A stretch of DNA of 64,000 nt from the NCBI GenBank assembly GCA_017522615.1, contig JAFWYR010000019.1, positions 21,903 to 85,902 of the forward strand, written 5' to 3'. Under the pieces are notes generated by a model, which searched no databases, had not been told where the DNA came from, and saw only the letters and a program-made list of their open reading frames with translations. Each line of letters opens with the position of its first letter. The first letter of the stretch is position 1. Both the position numbers and the translations under genes were made by a program. The DNA comes from Bacilli bacterium. GTDB lineage: Bacteria > Bacillota_I > Bacilli_A > RF39 > UBA660. Below are positions 19,562-30,049 of the stretch, piece after piece.

Positions 19562-20773
19562 ATGAAAATAATTATGCATATTGATGTTAATAATGCTTTT
19601 TTATCTTGGTCGGCTATTTATATGCTTCAAAATGGATTTAAGTATGATATTAGAAATAGTTATGCCGTTATAGGTGGGGATGAAGAGTCTAGAAGAGGAA
19701 TAGTTCTAGCTAAATCTATGCCAGCTAAAAAAAGAGGTGTTGTTACTGGTGAGACTTTGTATAGTGCTCGTAAGAAATGCCCTAATTTAAAAAGTTACCC
19801 ACCGAATTTTATGTTTTATAAAAAAATGAGTGAGAGTATGTTTGAATTAATTCGAAAATATTCTCCAGATATTGAACAGATGAGTATAGATGAGTGTTTT
19901 TTAGATTATACTCCTGTTAAAAGATTATATGGTGATGAGATAGGGTTTGCTTATAAATTAAAAAAAGAGATATATGATACTCTTGGGTTTACGGTTAATA
20001 TTGGTATAGCTAATAATAAATTATGTGCGAAAATGGCATCGGATTTTTCAAAACCTTATAAAGTTCATACTCTTTATGAATATGAGGTTAAGAAAAAGAT
20101 GTGGCCGCTTAAGGTAGATGAATTATTTGGTATCGGAAAGCAGACTTCTATTAAATTACATAATTTAAATATTCATACTATCAAAGATTTAGCTTTGGCA
20201 GATCCTGATTATTTATATAAATATTTTAAAAATCAGGCTATTTATATGATAGAAAGTGCGAATGGAAAAGGTAGTGATATTGTAAATTCTATTCCGGATG
20301 ATCCTAAAGGAATAGGAAATGAAACAACTTTAAGATTTAATATATCTAATAGGGAAGATTTATATCCTTATTTACTTGGACTTTCTGAAAATGTATGTTT
20401 AAGACTTAGAAAACAAGGCAAATATGCCTATGTTGTCGCTGTTACTTTAAAAGATATTTATTTTAAAAGAAGGAGTCACCAGAAAAAGTTAGTTAATGCG
20501 ACTAATTCGACAGAAGAAGTATATAGAGTTTCTAAAGAAATACTATCTGAGATGAATACGGAAGATGGTATTAGATTAATCGGTGTAAGACTTGACAATC
20601 TAGTTAGCTCTTCTAATCATCAAACTAGTTTATTTGAAAGTATAGAAAAAAATGAAGATAATACGAATCTCGAAAAAACTGTGGATAATTTGAAAGAAAA
20701 ATATGGATATAAAGTTATTAAAAAAGCTTCGCTTATGGAAAATAGTGTAGGAAATAAATATTTGAATAAATAG
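19562..20773 (+). CDS. dinB: DNA polymerase IV (Y-family)
   Basis: 'IMHIDVNNAFLS' (compare 'ILHVDMDCFF'), 'SIDECFLD' catalytic motif, little-finger C-domain. Start moved to the ATG downstream of the TATAAT at 19539-19544. Confidence 0.85.
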   Translation: MKIIMHIDVNNAFLSWSAIYMLQNGFKYDIRNSYAVIGGDEESRRGIVLAKSMPAKKRGVVTGETLYSARKKCPNLKSYPPNFMFYKKMSESMFELIRKYSPDIEQMSIDECFLDYTPVKRLYGDEIGFAYKLKKEIYDTLGFTVNIGIANNKLCAKMASDFSKPYKVHTLYEYEVKKKMWPLKVDELFGIGKQTSIKLHNLNIHTIKDLALADPDYLYKYFKNQAIYMIESANGKGSDIVNSIPDDPKGIGNETTLRFNISNREDLYPYLLGLSENVCLRLRKQGKYAYVVAVTLKDIYFKRRSHQKKLVNATNSTEEVYRVSKEILSEMNTEDGIRLIGVRLDNLVSSSNHQTSLFESIEKNEDNTNLEKTVDNLKEKYGYKVIKKASLMENSVGNKYLNK

Positions 20774-20815
20774 TATTTATTGTGATAGAATTTGTTTTGT
20801 GGAGGTTTGATAATA

Positions 20816-21394
20816 ATGTGTGAATTAAAAAGATATTTAATAGATTATCAGCAATTTCAAAATATGGATTTTCAGATTAGAAATAGTTGGAAAGATTCAT
20901 ATAACGAAATCGCAAAAGAAATAGAAGAATTAGAAGAAAGATTAGAATTACTTAAAAAACAAGCTTTTGAGATTAAAGAAAATGGTGAAGAGAAGTCTTA
21001 TATACTTTCTAAAAAATTTGATGAAAATCACGAAGATAAAATATTTAATTTTAAAGTTAGAGACTTAGTTTGTCAACTGTCTGATAATTTAGGGGTTAAT
21101 CCAGAAGAGGTTAATGTATCTTTAACTAATTTAGATGATTATTCATCAGATGAACGTAGATATGTTTGTTTAAGTTTAGAATGTTTAGGTGAAATTTATT
21201 GTTATTTTTGGTCAGCTGATGATAGTGTTTTAGATATTGACGATTGTTATGATATAGATGTTCAATGCAGTTTTTCATCTTTGGCAAAGGGGCTTATATT
21301 ATATGAGTCTAGTGGTGGAGATATACTAAAAAGATCTATTCTGGATGTATATGAAAAAATACTATTGGAAGACGGAAAACATTTTATAAAATAG
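20816..21394 (+). CDS. Cytoplasmic acidic protein, unknown function
   Basis: About 192 aa from the ATG with 'GGAGG' SD; coiled-coil N-terminus and Cys/Asp-rich C-terminus; no known motif. Confidence 0.45.
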   Translation: MCELKRYLIDYQQFQNMDFQIRNSWKDSYNEIAKEIEELEERLELLKKQAFEIKENGEEKSYILSKKFDENHEDKIFNFKVRDLVCQLSDNLGVNPEEVNVSLTNLDDYSSDERRYVCLSLECLGEIYCYFWSADDSVLDIDDCYDIDVQCSFSSLAKGLILYESSGGDILKRSILDVYEKILLEDGKHFIK

Positions 21395-21454
21395 GAAAGA
21401 GGTAAAAACTCTTTTTCTTTTTGTGTTAAATTGTGTATAATGGATATGGAGGGT

Positions 21455-23266
21455 ATGGAAGTGAGTATTATATATATAATAACTTTAGGTGTTTTATTTT
21501 TTGTCTTATTTTATTTTAAAAAAACTGATAAGAAAATGAATATGATTGTGTGGATAATATATAGTTTTTGTATACTTTATTTTTTAAATGTATTTGAAGC
21601 ACTTATTTTATCTTTAATTAATATGAAAAATACATTATTATCGTTTTCATTTTTTAATTTATCTATTTCTTTTATTTTATATTTTATCAATAAGAAAAAA
21701 TATGGGGAGTTTAAAAAACAAGAATATTATTTAAATAAGAAAGAACTTATTATTTCATTGATTTTTATTATTATATGTATAGTTTTTGGATTTTTTAGAT
21801 TTTCTGGTTTTAGTTCAATTAATTATAGAATAAGTGATGCGACAGTTCATTTTAAGATGAGTAAAGATTATAGTCAATATATGAAGTTATTTGATAGTGG
21901 TTTTAAGGATGTATTTTATAAATTTGATAATTCGATGTTTGGTTATTATATTCCATGCGGACTTTTTATGAAGATTATGCCTTTTATGGAAACGGTAAGT
22001 TACAATATTTTTAACACTTTATTTTTATGTTTGATGGGTTTATGTTTTTATGCGACTTTGCTTACGATAAAAAAAGGTGATAAACATAATGTTTTTACAA
22101 CACTTATGTTAGTTTTGTATGTTCTGGCATACCCACTTAATTATTTTTTATTCGGTTTTGGGTATTTAGGTCCTGGAATACTTGCATGTAATTTAATATT
22201 ATTGACGTGGGAATTTATTAGTAAATATAAGAAGAAATATTTGTATGGTTTACTTTTACTTTTTAATTTTGGACTTTTTGTAAGTTATTATTTATTCGCA
22301 CCAGCTGTGTTTCTTTCTCAAGGATTATATATGTTATATCTTTTTATGAAAGGAAAATATAATCTTAAACAGTTATTTGTTTATGGTATTATATGTCTAC
22401 TTATACCGACTATTTTTGGATTTATGTATTTTATTATGTCTACTAAGGGAACTACGAGTAGTGCTATAAGTAGTTATAGTATAGATGGTTATTCGTATAT
22501 GAATTTAATCGGAAATTATATCTTATTAATACCTTTAGTTTGTTATTCTATGTATGTTCAAATTAAAAACAAAAAGGTTAAATTTGATTTTGTATTTTTA
22601 ATATGCGAAGTTGTTTATATTATTTTTACATTCTTTTTAATAGGAGGAAAAACTGTTTCACCATATTATTTCTATAAATCTTATTTTATCCTTTGGATAT
22701 GCGTTAATGTTTTAGTATTTAAACTCGTTAATTACGATGAGTATAGGGTTATACTTAGAATTAATTATGTACTTTTACTTGTCGCAATTATGTTTTCTGT
22801 TTTTGATGTTGAAAAAATGGTGAGTAAGAAAAATAATAGTTTTAATTATAGTGGTTCTATTCATCAACTCGGTGATATATATGCTTTCAATGTAGATATG
22901 ATAAGTAATGATTATAAAATTTCAAAAGACGAGATATTATTTTTAAAAAGTGGATCTAAATATTCTAAAGAATGTAAGCTGAGTAAAGGAAAGAGGTTGC
23001 CATTTTTGGGGTATTATCTTAAGAGAAGATGGCTTTATACACTAGATACTTATATTCCTGCACTTAAGTATAAGAAAAATGATATGAATGATGCATTTAC
23101 TTCTTTGGTTGATTATGATGAATTTAAAAATGATGATGAAGTTAAATGTTTGATGATTTCGGATGAATTTATTAAAGAAAGTGATAAAAAGTATGATATA
23201 AATTATAATGATTATAAAATATTATTTGAAAATAAATATGGAAAGTTAATTAAGAAGAAGTCATAG
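21455..23266 (+). CDS. Large polytopic membrane protein (at least 12 TM) with C-terminal soluble domain; possible GT-C-like glycosyltransferase or export protein
   Basis: Many TM helices through ~460 aa, then a hydrophilic ~150-aa tail. Own extended -10 promoter 'TGTGTATAAT' at 21433-21441. Confidence 0.5.
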   Translation: MEVSIIYIITLGVLFFVLFYFKKTDKKMNMIVWIIYSFCILYFLNVFEALILSLINMKNTLLSFSFFNLSISFILYFINKKKYGEFKKQEYYLNKKELIISLIFIIICIVFGFFRFSGFSSINYRISDATVHFKMSKDYSQYMKLFDSGFKDVFYKFDNSMFGYYIPCGLFMKIMPFMETVSYNIFNTLFLCLMGLCFYATLLTIKKGDKHNVFTTLMLVLYVLAYPLNYFLFGFGYLGPGILACNLILLTWEFISKYKKKYLYGLLLLFNFGLFVSYYLFAPAVFLSQGLYMLYLFMKGKYNLKQLFVYGIICLLIPTIFGFMYFIMSTKGTTSSAISSYSIDGYSYMNLIGNYILLIPLVCYSMYVQIKNKKVKFDFVFLICEVVYIIFTFFLIGGKTVSPYYFYKSYFILWICVNVLVFKLVNYDEYRVILRINYVLLLVAIMFSVFDVEKMVSKKNNSFNYSGSIHQLGDIYAFNVDMISNDYKISKDEILFLKSGSKYSKECKLSKGKRLPFLGYYLKRRWLYTLDTYIPALKYKKNDMNDAFTSLVDYDEFKNDDEVKCLMISDEFIKESDKKYDINYNDYKILFENKYGKLIKKKS

Positions 23267-23318
23267 ATTATCTATGATTTTTTCTTTAAATTGTGTATAA
23301 TGATATAGGGATGGTAGA

Positions 23319-25460
23319 ATGAATGAAAATATTATAGTAGAAATAGCGAATGATTTAAAGATTAAAAAGGAGCAAGTGTCGAAGACTTTAGAGCTGCTTT
23401 CTTCTGGAAATACAATTCCATTTATCGCTAGATACCGTAAAGAAGTTACTGGTAATTTAGATGAAGAAGAAATTAGAAAAATTAGTGAAGTTTACGAGTA
23501 TCAAGAAAACTTACTTAAGAGAAAAGAAGATGTTATTCGATTAATAGATGAAAAAGGTTTACTTACTGATGAGCTTAAAAATAATATTCTTAAAGCTTCA
23601 AAATTAGTCGAGGTTGAAGATTTATATAGGCCTTTTAAAGAAAAGAAAAAAACTAAGGCTACTGAAGCTATTAAAAATGGATTAGAAGGTCTTGCTAAAC
23701 AGATTATGGCTTTTACATCTAAGGATGAAGATAGTTTAACTAAACCATTTTTAAATGACAATGTTAAAGATTCTAAGGAAGCTTTACAAGGAGCTTCATA
23801 TATTATTGCCGAATGGATAAGTGATAATGCATATTATAGAAAATGGATTAGAAGAGTTATTTTTAATGAGGGATTTTTAGTTTGTAAGGTAAAAAAAGAT
23901 GCACCTGATGAAAATAAAGTTTATGAAATGTATTATGACTTTAAAGAAAAAATCAGATATGCGAAAGCTTATAGAATTATGGCTATTAATAGGGCTGAGA
24001 AAGAGAAGGTTATAACTGTAAGTATAGATTTTGATAAAGATAAAGTTGATTCATTTTTGAAAGAAAAAATGATTAAAAAAGAAGCACCTTTTAATTATAT
24101 TATCGAAGAGTCTATTAAAGATAGTTTAAAAAGATTAATACTTCCTTCTATTCAAAGAGAAATTAGAAATGAACTTACTGAAAGAGCATGCGAAGAGTCT
24201 ACTCATAATTTTGGGATTAATTTAGAAAAATTATTAATGCAGCCACCTATTAAAGAGAAGATGGTTTTGGGATTTGATCCAGCTTTTAGAACAGGGTGTA
24301 AGTTAGCTATAGTTGATCCTACTGGAAAAATGTTAGATATTTTAGTTATTTTTCCTCATGAACCTAGAAATGAAAAAGAAAAAAGTAAAAAAATATTACT
24401 CGATGTTATAGATAAATATAATATAGATATTATTGCGATTGGTAATGGTACAGCTTCTAGAGAAAGTGAAGCTTTTGTGGCTTCGGTTATCAAAGAAGCT
24501 AAAAGAAAGGTAGAATATATTATAGTTAGTGAGGCTGGAGCTTCAGTATATTCAGCTAGTAAGCTTGCGATAGAAGAATTTCCTAATTTACACGTAGAAG
24601 AGAGAAGTGCGATTAGTATTGCTAGGAGACTTCAAGATCCTTTAGCTGAACTTGTAAAAATAGATCCAGAAAGTATTGGGGTAGGTATGTATCAACACGA
24701 TGTTCCGGATAAACAGCTTAAAAGTTCACTCGATTTTGTGGTAGAGAAATCTGTTAATAATGTTGGAGTAAATATTAATACAGCAAGTCCTTCGCTTTTA
24801 AAATATGTTTCTGGACTTACGAAAACTAATATTAATAAGTTAATAAAATATAGAGAAGATAAAGGTAAGATCAAAGATAGAGATGAGATACAAAAACTAC
24901 TTTCTGAAAAGGTGTTTAAGCAAGCTGCTGGATTTTTAAGAGTAATTGGGGATAACGTTTTAGATCGAACAGCTATCCATCCGGAGAGTTATGATAAAAC
25001 TACTAAATTACTTAATTTTTTGAATTTAGATATTAAAGATATAGGAGAAGAATCTTTTAATAGTAAATTAGATATAGATATAGAAGAATATGCGAATAAA
25101 ATAGAAACTGATAAATATACTTTAGAGGATATTATTAAGTCTCTTAAAAAACCAAATAGAGATCCTCGTGACGATATGCCTAAACCAATTTTAAAAAGTG
25201 ATGTACTTGATATTAAAGATTTAAGACTCGGTATGAAACTCCAAGGAACTGTTAGGAATGTAACTCCTTTTGGAGCATTTATAGATATCGGACTGCATAA
25301 TGATGGACTCGCACATATATCTAAATTGACTAAGAAATTTATCAAACATCCTAATGAAGTTGTAAGTGTTGGAGATATAGTTGATTGTTATGTGGATGAT
25401 ATTTTAATCGATAAAGAAAAAGTTTCTCTTTCTTTAATTAAACCAGAGGAAACTATATGA
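23319..25460 (+). CDS. tex: Transcription accessory protein Tex (S1 RNA-binding)
   Basis: 713 aa. N-terminal Tex HTH 'TIPFIARYRKE', YqgF/RNaseH-like core, HhH, and C-terminal S1 domain 'GTVRNVTPFGAFIDIG'. Confidence 0.85.
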   Translation: MNENIIVEIANDLKIKKEQVSKTLELLSSGNTIPFIARYRKEVTGNLDEEEIRKISEVYEYQENLLKRKEDVIRLIDEKGLLTDELKNNILKASKLVEVEDLYRPFKEKKKTKATEAIKNGLEGLAKQIMAFTSKDEDSLTKPFLNDNVKDSKEALQGASYIIAEWISDNAYYRKWIRRVIFNEGFLVCKVKKDAPDENKVYEMYYDFKEKIRYAKAYRIMAINRAEKEKVITVSIDFDKDKVDSFLKEKMIKKEAPFNYIIEESIKDSLKRLILPSIQREIRNELTERACEESTHNFGINLEKLLMQPPIKEKMVLGFDPAFRTGCKLAIVDPTGKMLDILVIFPHEPRNEKEKSKKILLDVIDKYNIDIIAIGNGTASRESEAFVASVIKEAKRKVEYIIVSEAGASVYSASKLAIEEFPNLHVEERSAISIARRLQDPLAELVKIDPESIGVGMYQHDVPDKQLKSSLDFVVEKSVNNVGVNINTASPSLLKYVSGLTKTNINKLIKYREDKGKIKDRDEIQKLLSEKVFKQAAGFLRVIGDNVLDRTAIHPESYDKTTKLLNFLNLDIKDIGEESFNSKLDIDIEEYANKIETDKYTLEDIIKSLKKPNRDPRDDMPKPILKSDVLDIKDLRLGMKLQGTVRNVTPFGAFIDIGLHNDGLAHISKLTKKFIKHPNEVVSVGDIVDCYVDDILIDKEKVSLSLIKPEETI

Positions 25461-25897
25461 AAGTATTAATTATTATTGTTCTTCTTTTGACTGGATGTGT
25501 CAGTAATGCAGATTTTGAGAAAGAATGTACATATACTAAAGATAGTAACCATATTAAAGAATCGGTTAAAATGAATATTTTATACGATAATAAAGATGTT
25601 ACAAAGGATGTTATTTATATGAGAAGTTTTAAAGCTTTAGATGATGAAGGTTATAAAACTATTGAAGATATTAAAGAAGCGTCTATTACTTATAATAGGA
25701 GATATGGTGATAAAGGAATAAAAATTACAGTTTCTAAAGATACTTTAGATGAATATGAAATGAAATATTATATAGATGCGAGAAATATTGATAGTGAAAC
25801 TTTAAAAGATTTTAATTTAAATAAAAATTCAATTAAGTTATTCAATAATCTTCGAAAGAAAAGTATAGAATGTGAGGTTAAGGATGGAAATAATTAA
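25457..25897 (+). CDS. Lipoprotein, unknown function
   Basis: Lipobox 'LLLTGC' at residues 10-15; 146 aa hydrophilic. Confidence 0.55.
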   Translation: MKVLIIIVLLLTGCVSNADFEKECTYTKDSNHIKESVKMNILYDNKDVTKDVIYMRSFKALDDEGYKTIEDIKEASITYNRRYGDKGIKITVSKDTLDEYEMKYYIDARNIDSETLKDFNLNKNSIKLFNNLRKKSIECEVKDGNN

Positions 25898-26708
25898 AGC
25901 TATATTATTTGGAATTGTCGAAGGTATTACTGAGTGGCTTCCAGTCAGTAGTACTGGACATATGATTTTATTAGATGAGTTTATTAAATTAGATGTTAGT
26001 AAACAGTTTTATGAACTATTTGAAGTTGTTATACAACTAGGGGCAATACTAGCAGTTGTTATTATATTTTGGAAAAATATTTGGCCATTTTATAATGCGA
26101 GAGGTAAAACGAGGGTTAATCATACAGTTATTTCTCTTTGGGGAAAGATACTTGTTGCTTGCCTGCCAGCTGCGGTTATCGGAATTTTATTTGATGATTG
26201 GATAGATGCCCATCTACATAATAGTGTAGTTGTATCACTTACTTTAATTATATATGGTATTATATTTATTGTTATAGAGTCTAAAAATATAGGAAGTAGA
26301 ACTACTGATGATTTAGGTAAGATAACTTATAAACAGGCTTTAGGGGTTGGGGGATTTCAACTTTTGTCTTTGATTCCTGGAACTTCTAGAAGTGGATCTA
26401 CTATTATCGGTGGCCTTTTACTTGGTCTTGAAAGAAGTGTAGCAGCTGAGTTTACATTTTTCTTGGCTATTCCGGTTATGGCTGGAGCTTCACTTTTAAA
26501 ATTAGTTAAGTATGTTTTGAAAGTAGGTTTTACTTTTAGTGGAATGGAACTTGGAATATTAGCTACTGGCTGTATTGTTTCATTTATAGTTAGTTTATTT
26601 GTGATTAAGTTTTTACTTAGTTATATTAGAAAACATGACTTTAAAGTATTCGGATGGTATAGAATTATTTTGGGGATTATCGTTTTATTATATTTTTGGC
26701 TTTTTTAA
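25872..26708 (+). CDS. uppP: Undecaprenyl-diphosphatase
   Basis: 'GIVEGITEWLPVSSTGH' and 'SRSGSTI' conserved BacA/UppP motifs; 8 TM helices. Confidence 0.9.
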   Translation: MRLRMEIIKAILFGIVEGITEWLPVSSTGHMILLDEFIKLDVSKQFYELFEVVIQLGAILAVVIIFWKNIWPFYNARGKTRVNHTVISLWGKILVACLPAAVIGILFDDWIDAHLHNSVVVSLTLIIYGIIFIVIESKNIGSRTTDDLGKITYKQALGVGGFQLLSLIPGTSRSGSTIIGGLLLGLERSVAAEFTFFLAIPVMAGASLLKLVKYVLKVGFTFSGMELGILATGCIVSFIVSLFVIKFLLSYIRKHDFKVFGWYRIILGIIVLLYFWLF

Positions 26709-26729
26709 AGTGGATTTAATCCACTTTTT
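26707..26729 (+). terminator. Intrinsic terminator after uppP
   Basis: Hairpin 'AAAGTGGA..TCCACTTT' followed by TTT(TT)C. Confidence 0.5.
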
Positions 26730-26778
26730 CTTGTTTTATCAATTATTATGTGTTAGTATATATGACCGAGGGATTTAT

Positions 26779-27237
26779 ATGGAAAGATATGTATTAAGCG
26801 AAATGAAGGATAAGAATTTTTCTAAAGGAGCGAATGAAATATATTTGCTTACAGATTATAATAAATTACAATATCCTGATTATTATAAATGGTTTTATGG
26901 GAAAAATATTCCAAGAGTTATAACAGGTAATGGTGAAATAATTTTTTATTTAGATGGTTTAGAAGTTGTAGGTCTTACGATTTTAAAAAAAGATTTTGAA
27001 GCTAAGATATGTACTTTTATGGTTAATCCAGAATATAGAAAAAAGGGTTTTAGTTCTAAATTACTCGAAGATTCTTTTGATTTTTTAGGGACCGATAAAC
27101 CTTTGATAACAATTCCAGAGGGAAGATTAGATGAGTTTTCTTCAATAATTGATGCGTATGGTTGGGAAGAGTCTTCTATTACTTCCAAGTATTATACACC
27201 GGAATATGTTTTTAATGATTTTGGTAAAAAAAGATAG
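26779..27237 (+). CDS. GNAT-family N-acetyltransferase
   Basis: 'ICTFMVNPEYRKKGFSSKLL' acetyl-CoA binding motif A (Q/RxxGxG/A-like). ATG 26779 with 'GAGGGA' SD chosen because the longer ORF-track start overlaps uppP and its terminator. Confidence 0.6.
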   Translation: MERYVLSEMKDKNFSKGANEIYLLTDYNKLQYPDYYKWFYGKNIPRVITGNGEIIFYLDGLEVVGLTILKKDFEAKICTFMVNPEYRKKGFSSKLLEDSFDFLGTDKPLITIPEGRLDEFSSIIDAYGWEESSITSKYYTPEYVFNDFGKKR

Positions 27238-27289
27238 CAAAAAAGATTATAATGTGTTATTATATTTTTGTAAATGAGCTGTGAAAAGG

Positions 27290-27475
27290 AATAGTAATAG
27301 GAATTAATATCTAATAGTGAGTTAGTGGTTAGTGGAAACTAATGGTATTTACCTATGAACGCACCTTGGAGCTTATTCGCGTGTCAGCGTTATTGATGTA
27401 AAGAGCATAGTAAATTCTATGAATTAAGGTGGTACCGCGGGGTAAACTCGTCCTTAGTTTATGGGATTTTTTTAT
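27290..27475 (+). promoter_or_regulatory. T-box riboswitch leader upstream of argS
   Basis: Canonical T-box sequence 'AATTAAGGTGGTACCGCGGGG' at 27422-27442 (compare AANNNGGGTGGNACCGCG). GC-enriched structured leader, followed by a hairpin plus U-run (27467-27473) just 5' of the argS RBS. Confidence 0.7.
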
Positions 27476-27490
27476 ATAGGAGGGATTTTT

Positions 27491-29188
27491 ATGTATAATA
27501 AATTAGAAAGTATTTTAAATGAATCGTTTTCTAAATTAGGTTATGAAGTAAAAAGTAAAGTTATTAAATCAAAAGAAGAAGGGGTAGATTTTCAGTGCGA
27601 CAATCTATTTAAACTTGCTAAAAAATATCATAAAGCTCCTTTTATGATAGGTGATGAGGTTATAAATGATATTAAATCTAGAGGTGATTTTTCTTTATAT
27701 TTTGATAGTATAGAATGCGTTAAACCAGGGTTTATCAATATATGTGTTAGTGATTTGCTTATTAATAACTCTCTAAAGAATCTTATTTCAAAAGATAAGT
27801 TTGGAGTTGAAATAGAAAATAGTACTATAGTTTTGGATTATGGTGGCCCTAATGTGGCTAAACCGCTACATGTTGGTCATTTAAGAACTGCTATTATCGG
27901 ACAAGCTATAAATAATATTTTATCTTTTAAAGGAAATAAGGTTTTAAGTGATGTTCATTTGGGAGATATAGGTACACAAATGGGTCAGGTTATATATGGA
28001 ATACTTGAGGATTATCCTGGTGTAGATTTTAATGATATAGATATTACTTTAGATTATTTAAATGAAACATATCCTAAAATTAGTGGACTTAGTAAAGAAA
28101 ATGAAGAAGTTAGGAATAGATGTCTAGAGATAACTAAAGAACTTCAAAGGCAGCTTCAAGAAGGCACGGGAGAATACTTTACTTTATGGAAAAAAATATA
28201 TGATGTTTCTGTAAAGGATATTAAAAGATTATATGATTTTTTAGATGTTCATTTTGACTGTTGGTATGGTGAAAGTGATGCGTTTAAATACTATGGTGAG
28301 ATGTTTGATTATTTTAAAGATAAAAATGTTTTTAGAGAAGACGATGGCGCTTTAGTTATAGATGTTAAAGAAGAAGAAGATAAAATAGAAATGCCACCAT
28401 GCATAATTAGGAAAAGTGATGGAGCTTATTTATATGCGACTTCTGATTTAGGAACTATTTGGCAAAGAAAAAAAGATTTTGATCCAGATGATATAATTTA
28501 TGTGGTAGATGCAAGACAAAGTTTACATTTTACGCAAATATTTAGAGCAGTTAAAAAATGTGGATTTTATGATGGTGGGTTAGAATTTTGTGGTTACGGA
28601 ACGGTTAATGGAACGGATAATAAGCCTTTTAAAACGAGAAGTGGTGGCTCATTTAAATTAGATGATTTGATAAACGAGGTTAAAGAAGAATTTATTTCAC
28701 TTAGAGAAGAAAATAAACAAATGAGTGAAGAAGATTTATCTAAGATTGTAAATTCAATTATTAAGTTTGCTGATTTACAAAACGATTTAACGAGAAATTA
28801 TATTTTTGATATTAAGAAATTTAGTGAGGTAAATGGTAAAACAGGTCCTTATATCTTATATACTTATTTGAGAATAAGTAAATTATTAAGTGGTAATGAT
28901 GGAACTCTTTCTGATGAAATATATAATGATATAGATAGGAGTTTACGTTTAAAACTTTTAGAGGTTAATGATATTATTGAGTTATCAGCTTTAGAAAGAA
29001 AACCACATTATATTGCTAATTATCTATATGAACTTTCAGTTATTTCAAATAATTTTTATGAAAATAATAAGATGGCAGAAATAGATGAAAAAATTAGAAA
29101 TGATTATGATATAGTTTTAAATTTTAATAATTTAGTTATTAAAACGTTACTTAATTTACTTGGAATATCTATTCCTAGCAAGATGTAA
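27491..29188 (+). CDS. argS: Arginine--tRNA ligase
   Basis: Class I HIGH motif 'PLHVGHLRTAIIGQAI', DALR anticodon-binding C-terminal domain. ATG 27491 with 'TAGGAGGGA' SD. Confidence 0.9.
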   Translation: MYNKLESILNESFSKLGYEVKSKVIKSKEEGVDFQCDNLFKLAKKYHKAPFMIGDEVINDIKSRGDFSLYFDSIECVKPGFINICVSDLLINNSLKNLISKDKFGVEIENSTIVLDYGGPNVAKPLHVGHLRTAIIGQAINNILSFKGNKVLSDVHLGDIGTQMGQVIYGILEDYPGVDFNDIDITLDYLNETYPKISGLSKENEEVRNRCLEITKELQRQLQEGTGEYFTLWKKIYDVSVKDIKRLYDFLDVHFDCWYGESDAFKYYGEMFDYFKDKNVFREDDGALVIDVKEEEDKIEMPPCIIRKSDGAYLYATSDLGTIWQRKKDFDPDDIIYVVDARQSLHFTQIFRAVKKCGFYDGGLEFCGYGTVNGTDNKPFKTRSGGSFKLDDLINEVKEEFISLREENKQMSEEDLSKIVNSIIKFADLQNDLTRNYIFDIKKFSEVNGKTGPYILYTYLRISKLLSGNDGTLSDEIYNDIDRSLRLKLLEVNDIIELSALERKPHYIANYLYELSVISNNFYENNKMAEIDEKIRNDYDIVLNFNNLVIKTLLNLLGISIPSKM

Positions 29189-29193
29189 AAAAT

Positions 29194-29228
29194 AGACAGA
29201 TTTCGATTTAAAGAAATCTGTTTTAAAA
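29194..29228 (+). terminator. Intrinsic terminator after argS
   Basis: 'CAGATTT..AAATCTG' hairpin followed by TTTT. Confidence 0.5.
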
Positions 29229-29370
29229 TAAGAAATTATAAGCTTTTAATTTTTCTATGTGTTAAAAAAAATAAAAAAGTGAAAAAAAAGCTTGAATAAA
29301 GGTTTGAAAAATGATATATTATTTTTAGAGTAGGAAAGCTACTTCGAAAATTTATAAGGAGGAAGAGAAA

Positions 29371-30009
29371 ATGGAATCAAAACACAAAAATGCGTTAATA
29401 GGAGCTTTACTTGCAGTAGTATTTGTAATGGCAGTAGGTTATGCTGCATTTGCTCAGCAACTTACAATCAATGGTACAGCTGAAATCACTTCAAGCTGGG
29501 ATATTCATTATGATCATTCACAAGATACAGTTGATGGTCAAGTAGTTACTAGTCCATCTTGTGTAAGTGGAATGGGTGGTACTACATGTGGTAGTGAATC
29601 TGATACTGCTAATCCTTACGGAACTATCACTTATACTACTGATACTGATGCAACTATTTCAGTTAAGTTAGTTCAACCTGGTGACAAAGTTACTTTCTAT
29701 TTAAAACCTAAGAACTTTGGTACTGGATTAAATGCTACTGGAACTATGTCTATTGCTGATACTACTACATCTGGTTATACAGGAATTACTTTACCTGCTA
29801 CGACAACTGGATTAAAAGCAGCTACTGTTGCAACTAAAGATCATATTCAATTTACAGTAACTCCAACATTTGATAGCAGTTTAGCACCTGGAGAATATGA
29901 TACTATTAAAGTAGAAGCTGAATACTTAAGTAATCAAACTACTAACGAAGTTATTCCACAAACTAAAGCTGGAATTAAAGTATCTATTGATTATACTCAA
30001 GTATCATAA
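29371..30009 (+). CDS. TasA/camelysin-family secreted fibre protein, paralog 1 (SipW-cognate signal peptide)
   Basis: N-terminus 'KHKNALIGALLAVVFVMAVGYAAFAQQLTINGTAEITS' is TasA-like (compare 'GGGTWAAFND...TFASGTLDL'). Core 'VQPGDKVTFYLKPKNFG' parallels TasA 'LKPGDKLTKDFQFENNG'. Own promoter and terminator. Confidence 0.7.
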   Translation: MESKHKNALIGALLAVVFVMAVGYAAFAQQLTINGTAEITSSWDIHYDHSQDTVDGQVVTSPSCVSGMGGTTCGSESDTANPYGTITYTTDTDATISVKLVQPGDKVTFYLKPKNFGTGLNATGTMSIADTTTSGYTGITLPATTTGLKAATVATKDHIQFTVTPTFDSSLAPGEYDTIKVEAEYLSNQTTNEVIPQTKAGIKVSIDYTQVS

Positions 30010-30021
30010 TAATGTTTTGAG

Positions 30022-30049
30022 AGATTACCGTTTTGGTAATCTTTTTTTT
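30022..30049 (+). terminator. Intrinsic terminator
   Basis: 'AGATTACC gtttt GGTAATCT' followed by T7. Confidence 0.65.

Noticed and set aside
23501-25345. Three minus-strand ORFs (23501-23761, 24692-24874, 24989-25345) inside tex
   Set aside because: All are antisense shadow ORFs with Ser/Leu-rich low complexity.
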